Origin: an uncultured bacterium
Lineage (GTDB): Bacteria; Chloroflexota; Dormibacteria; Dormibacterales; Dormibacteraceae
Length of the DNA stretch: 39,699 nt
NCBI GenBank assembly: GCA_966423695.1
Contig: CBJLKR010000001.1
Span: 1-39,699, forward strand
Direction of reading: 5' to 3'
Position numbers and translations under genes: made by a program. How positions within the stretch are numbered: the stretch's first letter is position 1; each line of letters starts with the position of its first letter. The notes beneath the pieces are model-generated. The model searched no databases. It was not told the origin of the DNA and saw only the letters and a list, made by a program, of their open reading frames with translations. Positions 35,932-39,699 of the stretch are shown here, piece after piece.

Positions 35932-36643
35932 CGGCGACGCGAGCCTCGACGTGGATCGGTCCGAAGCGTTCCTTCTGCCGGACGCGCACGGCCGCGCGGC
36001 GGATGAGCTCGAGCACGGCCACGAAGGTCACCACCGCTTCGAGCCGGTCCTCCGACTCGAGGATGAGCTCGATCAGGTCGATCGGTCCTCCGCGAAGCCG
36101 GTCCGTGATGACGTCGAGCTTTTCCTGCAGCGTCCACGTCCGGCCGCGAACCACGAGCGGCCTCGGCGGGATCCGTGCCAGGACGCGGTTGAACGCCTCG
36201 ACCAGGAAACCGACATCGAGCGGCTCCTCCTGGCCGCCGGCCTCGACCGGCCGCGCCGGAGGAGGAAACGCAAACGTCTCCTGCTGCGCGCGTTCGAGCA
36301 GCTCGCCCGCGATCTCCTTGTAGGCCCTGTACTCCTCGAGGCGCTGCCGGACCTCGTCCTCCCAGCCGAGGAGCTCGGTCTCCTCGTCCGTCGGCGGTTC
36401 GCCCGGAAGAAGGCGGATCGACTTCAGCAGCAGGAGGCGCGCCGCCATCCACAGGAACTCCGCCATCTCCTGGGCGTCCGGGATCTCGCGCGCGGCAACC
36501 TCCGCGAGGTAGGCGTCCGTGACCTTGGCGAGCGAAACCTTGAAGATGTCCACCTCCTCCCTCTCGACGAGGGCGAGGAGAAGCTCGAGGGGGCCTTCGA
36601 AGACCGTGGTGGTGACGGCCAGGCGGCTTGGCGCCGTTTCCAT
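35924..36643 (-). CDS. scpA: segregation and condensation protein A
   Basis: FEGPLELLLALVEREEVDIFKVSLAKVTDAYL is the kleisin ScpA N-terminus. 239 aa. Confidence 0.92.
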   Translation of the reverse strand: METAPSRLAVTTTVFEGPLELLLALVEREEVDIFKVSLAKVTDAYLAEVAAREIPDAQEMAEFLWMAARLLLLKSIRLLPGEPPTDEETELLGWEDEVRQRLEEYRAYKEIAGELLERAQQETFAFPPPARPVEAGGQEEPLDVGFLVEAFNRVLARIPPRPLVVRGRTWTLQEKLDVITDRLRGGPIDLIELILESEDRLEAVVTFVAVLELIRRAAVRVRQKERFGPIHVEARVAGE

Positions 36644-36655
36644 CGACCCGCAACC

Positions 36656-37333
36656 TTACCTGAGATTGACCTGGTGGAACCTCTCGACCCGTGCGACGCT
36701 CCGCCAGCGTCGCGTCAGGGCCGCCGCGCTCCCGGTCTGACTCTCGTGCGCGAGCCGGGAGCGAATCTTCGTGTCAAGCACCTCCGATACGTCAACCTCG
36801 AGGTTCGGCTGCAGGCCGCCGAAGCACCACGCCTCCGCGGTCTCATGCGGATCGCCGGCGCCCGGAAACGTGAGCGGGTCGCGCGCGCAAGGCCAGGCCG
36901 CGTCGAGCGAGACACGACCCACCACCCGGTGGTCCGGATGAAAGCGGAAAGGCACGTTGGGGTCGAACGTGAGGAGGACGTCGGGCTTCGTGTTGCGGAT
37001 CTCGCGCACGAACTCCTGGCGCAGGTCCAGCGATTCGACCAGCTCGGCGTCGGGGTGGCGCAGGAACTTGACGTGCTTCACTCCGAGAACGTCCGCGGCG
37101 AGCTCCTGCTCACGCTCACGTATGCGCGCCATCTTCTCTCGCGATTTCTTCGCGTCCCGCGCGCCCTTGTCGCCTGAGGTCGCGACCACGAAGTCGACGC
37201 GCGCGCCGTGCCCGGTCATCAGCAGCACTGAGCCCGCGCAGTAGAACTCGATGTCGTCGGGATGCGCGACGATGCACAGCACGCGTTTGATGCGAGCGTC
37301 GGACGGCCCGGCGAACAGCCTCGAACGAGCCAC
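36656..37333 (-). CDS. PIG-L/LmbE family deacetylase
   Basis: VLCIVAHPDDIEF...HPDH motif pattern of GlcNAc-type deacetylases (MshB/BshB-like). 225 aa. Confidence 0.85.
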   Translation of the reverse strand: MARSRLFAGPSDARIKRVLCIVAHPDDIEFYCAGSVLLMTGHGARVDFVVATSGDKGARDAKKSREKMARIREREQELAADVLGVKHVKFLRHPDAELVESLDLRQEFVREIRNTKPDVLLTFDPNVPFRFHPDHRVVGRVSLDAAWPCARDPLTFPGAGDPHETAEAWCFGGLQPNLEVDVSEVLDTKIRSRLAHESQTGSAAALTRRWRSVARVERFHQVNLR

Positions 37334-37334
37334 G

Positions 37335-38918
37335 TCAGCGCCGTGCCTCTTGGAGCAGTTCCTGCGCGCGGGCCACGGCTTTGGCCGTGACGCCGCCGCT
37401 CATCATCCGAGCGAGCTCGGCGGCCCTGTCCTTCTGCGTGGTGAGCTCGCGCACCGTGACCACGTTGCGGCCGTCGCGGCCGGGCGCCTTCTCGACGACG
37501 AGGTGGTGATCGGCGAACGAGGCTATCTGGGCGAGGTGGGTGACGACGAGCACCTGGTGACGGGCGCCCAGCGCCTTGAGCCGGAGTCCCACCTGGATCG
37601 CGGCCTCGCCGCCGATGCCCGCGTCGACCTCGTCGAAGACCATCGTGGGCATCCGGTCCGCGTCGGCGCCCACCGTCTTGATCGCGAGCATCACACGCGC
37701 CAGCTCGCCACCCGAGGCCACCTTCGCGAGCGGCGCCGGCGGCTCGCCCGGGTTCGCGGAGAACATCATCTCCGCGACTTCCGAGCCGGTGGCGGTGATT
37801 TCGGGCAGCGTGCGCAGGACGACCTCGAACAGGGCGCCCTCAAGCCGCAGCCCAGCGAGCTCTGTCGCCACCGCCTTTTCCATCCGGCCGGCGGCGGCAC
37901 TTCGGGCGCGTGCGAGCCGCTCCGCGCGCGCTTCGAGCTCGGCCCGCCGGGCGGCGAGCTCGTCGCTCGCTCGCGATACGGCAGCTTCGAGGTCTTCGGT
38001 CGCGCCGAGCTGGGTCTCGAGGCGGGCGCGCTCGGCAACCGCCGACTCGATCGTCCCGCCGTGCTTGCGCTTGATCGCCTCGAGCTCCGCGAGCCTCGCC
38101 TCGATAGCTTCGAGCCGGGCCGGGTCGGCGTCGAGCGCGTCGACGTAACCGCGCAGCTCCGCCGCCACGTCCGCGCTCTCTGCGGCCAGGGCGTCGAGGC
38201 GCGTGGCGTGCTCAGCCAGTCGAGCGTCCAGCGCCGCCGCGGTGCCGACGGCTGCCGCCGCCCGCGCGATCGCGTCCTCACGCAGCGCGTCCACGGCCCG
38301 CGCGCCCAGCTCGCCAAGCCTGGCCGCGTGTCGTGTCGCCGTGCGTTCGGCCGCCAACGCCTCGTCCTCACCGGCGACGAGCTGCGCGCGACGGAGCTCT
38401 TCCAGCTGCCAGCGCATGTACTCACGCTCGCGCTCCCCGCGCGACCGCAGCTGCTCGAGGTCGCGCACAGCCTGCGTCGCGGCGGCCCACGCCGCATGCG
38501 CCACCGCCACGGCCGCGCGCGCGTCCAGCGCCCCGCCGTACGCGTCGAGGAGCTCAGTCTGGGTATCGGCGTCGAGCAGCGCGTGCTGGGCGTGCTGCCC
38601 GTGGACGGCCACCAGGCGCTCGCCCACCTCGCGCAGCTGCGCGGGCGTCGCCGGCCGTCCGTCGATCTTCGCCGCCGTGCGCTTGCCGACATCCCGCTGG
38701 AGCACGAACGAGTCGAAGACCGCCTCCACCGAGGCACGCTCGGCGCCGTGGCGGACCTGATCGGCGCCGCCGCGGGCGCCAAGCGCGAGGCTGAGCGCGT
38801 CGATGAGGAGCGACTTGCCGCTTCCCGTCTCGCCCGTGAGCAGGTTGAGGCCCGGGCCGAAGCGAACCGTCGCCTCCGCGACCAGGGCGAGGTCGCGGAC
38901 CTTTAGCGCTTTGAGCAA
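37335..38918 (-). CDS. recN: DNA repair protein RecN
   Basis: SMC-like with Walker A LTGETGSGKS, a long coiled coil, signature SGGELARV and Walker B MVFDEVD. I prefer TTG 38918 (MLKALKVRDLALV, the canonical RecN N-terminus, 7 nt after the nadK TAG) over the TTG at 38960. Confidence 0.95.
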   Translation of the reverse strand: MLKALKVRDLALVAEATVRFGPGLNLLTGETGSGKSLLIDALSLALGARGGADQVRHGAERASVEAVFDSFVLQRDVGKRTAAKIDGRPATPAQLREVGERLVAVHGQHAQHALLDADTQTELLDAYGGALDARAAVAVAHAAWAAATQAVRDLEQLRSRGEREREYMRWQLEELRRAQLVAGEDEALAAERTATRHAARLGELGARAVDALREDAIARAAAAVGTAAALDARLAEHATRLDALAAESADVAAELRGYVDALDADPARLEAIEARLAELEAIKRKHGGTIESAVAERARLETQLGATEDLEAAVSRASDELAARRAELEARAERLARARSAAAGRMEKAVATELAGLRLEGALFEVVLRTLPEITATGSEVAEMMFSANPGEPPAPLAKVASGGELARVMLAIKTVGADADRMPTMVFDEVDAGIGGEAAIQVGLRLKALGARHQVLVVTHLAQIASFADHHLVVEKAPGRDGRNVVTVRELTTQKDRAAELARMMSGGVTAKAVARAQELLQEARR

Positions 38919-38925
38919 AGCGGTC

Positions 38926-39699
38926 CTATTTTTTCGGCACCAGGGGGCGGCCCCATCCAAGCTTCTCGCCGAGCCGCTCGTAGAAAGCCTCAGGTGGGCT
39001 GAACCTGACGACCTTGAGCGTTCGCGCGTGCGTACCGCAGCGAATCACGTCCCCGCTCGCGACCCGGACTCCCTCTCGTGCGCCGTCGACGTACATCAGG
39101 CCTGGGCCCCGCACCACCTTGAGGCTGATGTCCTGGTCGGGGGCGAACACGATCGGCCGCACGGTAAGCGCGAACGGGTTCATGGGCACGAGAACCAGGT
39201 CGCGCAGCGTGGGCTCGAGGATGGGACCGCCGCTTGCGAGCGCGTAGGCGGTCGAGCCGCTGGCCGTGGCGACGATCGCCCCGTCCGCGTCGATCACGCC
39301 GACCGCCTGGCCGCCGACGTCGATCTCGAGGCGCAACATCCGCGCCTCGCCCGAGTGGTCGATGACGACCTCGTTGAGACCGACCGAGCTGTCGCGCACC
39401 TTGCCGTCGCTGAGAAGCGCGACCTCGAGCATGGTCCGCTCCTCAGTCCGGTACGCGCCCCTGAAGAACTGGTCGAGGCCGTGCTCGAGTTGGGGCTCCT
39501 CGAGCTCGGTCAGGAAGCCCAGCCGGCCGAGATTCACGCCGAGGATGGGAATTCCCACGGGGGCGGCGAGACGCGCTCCGGCGAGAAAGGTGCCGTCCCC
39601 GCCCAGCGTGACGAGAAGCCCAGTGCCTTCAGGCGCCGATGCCGGGCCGTCGCGCTTGACCTCGACGGCGTCCGCCCCATGCCTCTTGGTCGCCTCGAG
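38926..39699 (-). CDS. nadK: NAD kinase (5' end beyond the right edge)
   Basis: The frame is open to the window end: ...LLVTLGGDGTFLAGARLAAPVGIPILGVNLGRLGFL... (GGDGT and NxGxLGFL motifs). The track ORF starts at an internal GTG 39558. Stop is TAG. Confidence 0.92.
   Translation of the reverse strand, partial: LEATKRHGADAVEVKRDGPASAPEGTGLLVTLGGDGTFLAGARLAAPVGIPILGVNLGRLGFLTELEEPQLEHGLDQFFRGAYRTEERTMLEVALLSDGKVRDSSVGLNEVVIDHSGEARMLRLEIDVGGQAVGVIDADGAIVATASGSTAYALASGGPILEPTLRDLVLVPMNPFALTVRPIVFAPDQDISLKVVRGPGLMYVDGAREGVRVASGDVIRCGTHARTLKVVRFSPPEAFYERLGEKLGWGRPLVPKK

Noticed and set aside
1-39699. CRISPR arrays, tRNA/rRNA genes, IS elements, integrases, prophage or known defence-system genes
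   Set aside because: Intergenic space is tiny. The largest gaps are about 106 nt at 7314-7419 and about 270 nt at 20200-20470. I saw no repeat-spacer periodicity, no tRNA-like T-loop/acceptor arrangement, no transposase/integrase-like ORF and no inverted terminal repeats.

Overview
High-GC (about two-thirds to 70% G+C by eye) bacterial chromosomal window made almost entirely of core housekeeping genes. About 38 of 41 genes lie on the minus strand in one dense co-directional block, many joined by 1-8 nt start/stop overlaps (ATGA, GTGA, TTGA). In transcription order (right to left) the block is: nadK-recN-PIG-L deacetylase-scpA-scpB-rluB-cmk-plsC | AAA+ ATPase (+) | dinG-like-rsmI-metG-tatD-rsmA-MFS | dedA (+) | thrS | lipoprotein (+) | infC-rpmI-rplT-trmH family-pheS-pheT-cvpA-tyrS-yebC-ruvC-ruvA-ruvB-DUF2905-secD-secF | rimP-nusA-ylxR-infB-rbfA-nrnA-truB-ribF-FAD oxidoreductase. 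This synteny is Terrabacteria-like (Actinomycetota/Chloroflexota-type), but I cannot assign a taxon from sequence alone. I see no rRNA, tRNA, CRISPR array, IS/transposon, integrase, prophage or recognisable defence island, so this is an ordinary core region, not an accessory island. Most long plus-strand ORFs in the track are high-GC antisense artefacts. Points worth a second look: (1) a dinG-like exonuclease-helicase gene, otherwise intact over 2.7 kb, is broken by two in-frame TAG codons 36 nt apart. (2) Several conserved genes (ribF, nrnA, infC, ylxR, rluB) encode conserved N-terminal residues upstream of any ATG/GTG/TTG, which implies non-canonical starts, mostly at gene junctions; ylxR is absent from the ORF track for this reason. 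(3) The infC leader contains a terminator and looks like an attenuator. (4) An orphan, oppositely oriented AAA+ ATPase of unknown function sits next to the dinG-like gene. (5) Divergent intergenic regions are very short and carry -10-like boxes about 10 nt from the start codons, suggesting near-leaderless mRNAs. I found no convincing multi-gene novel system.
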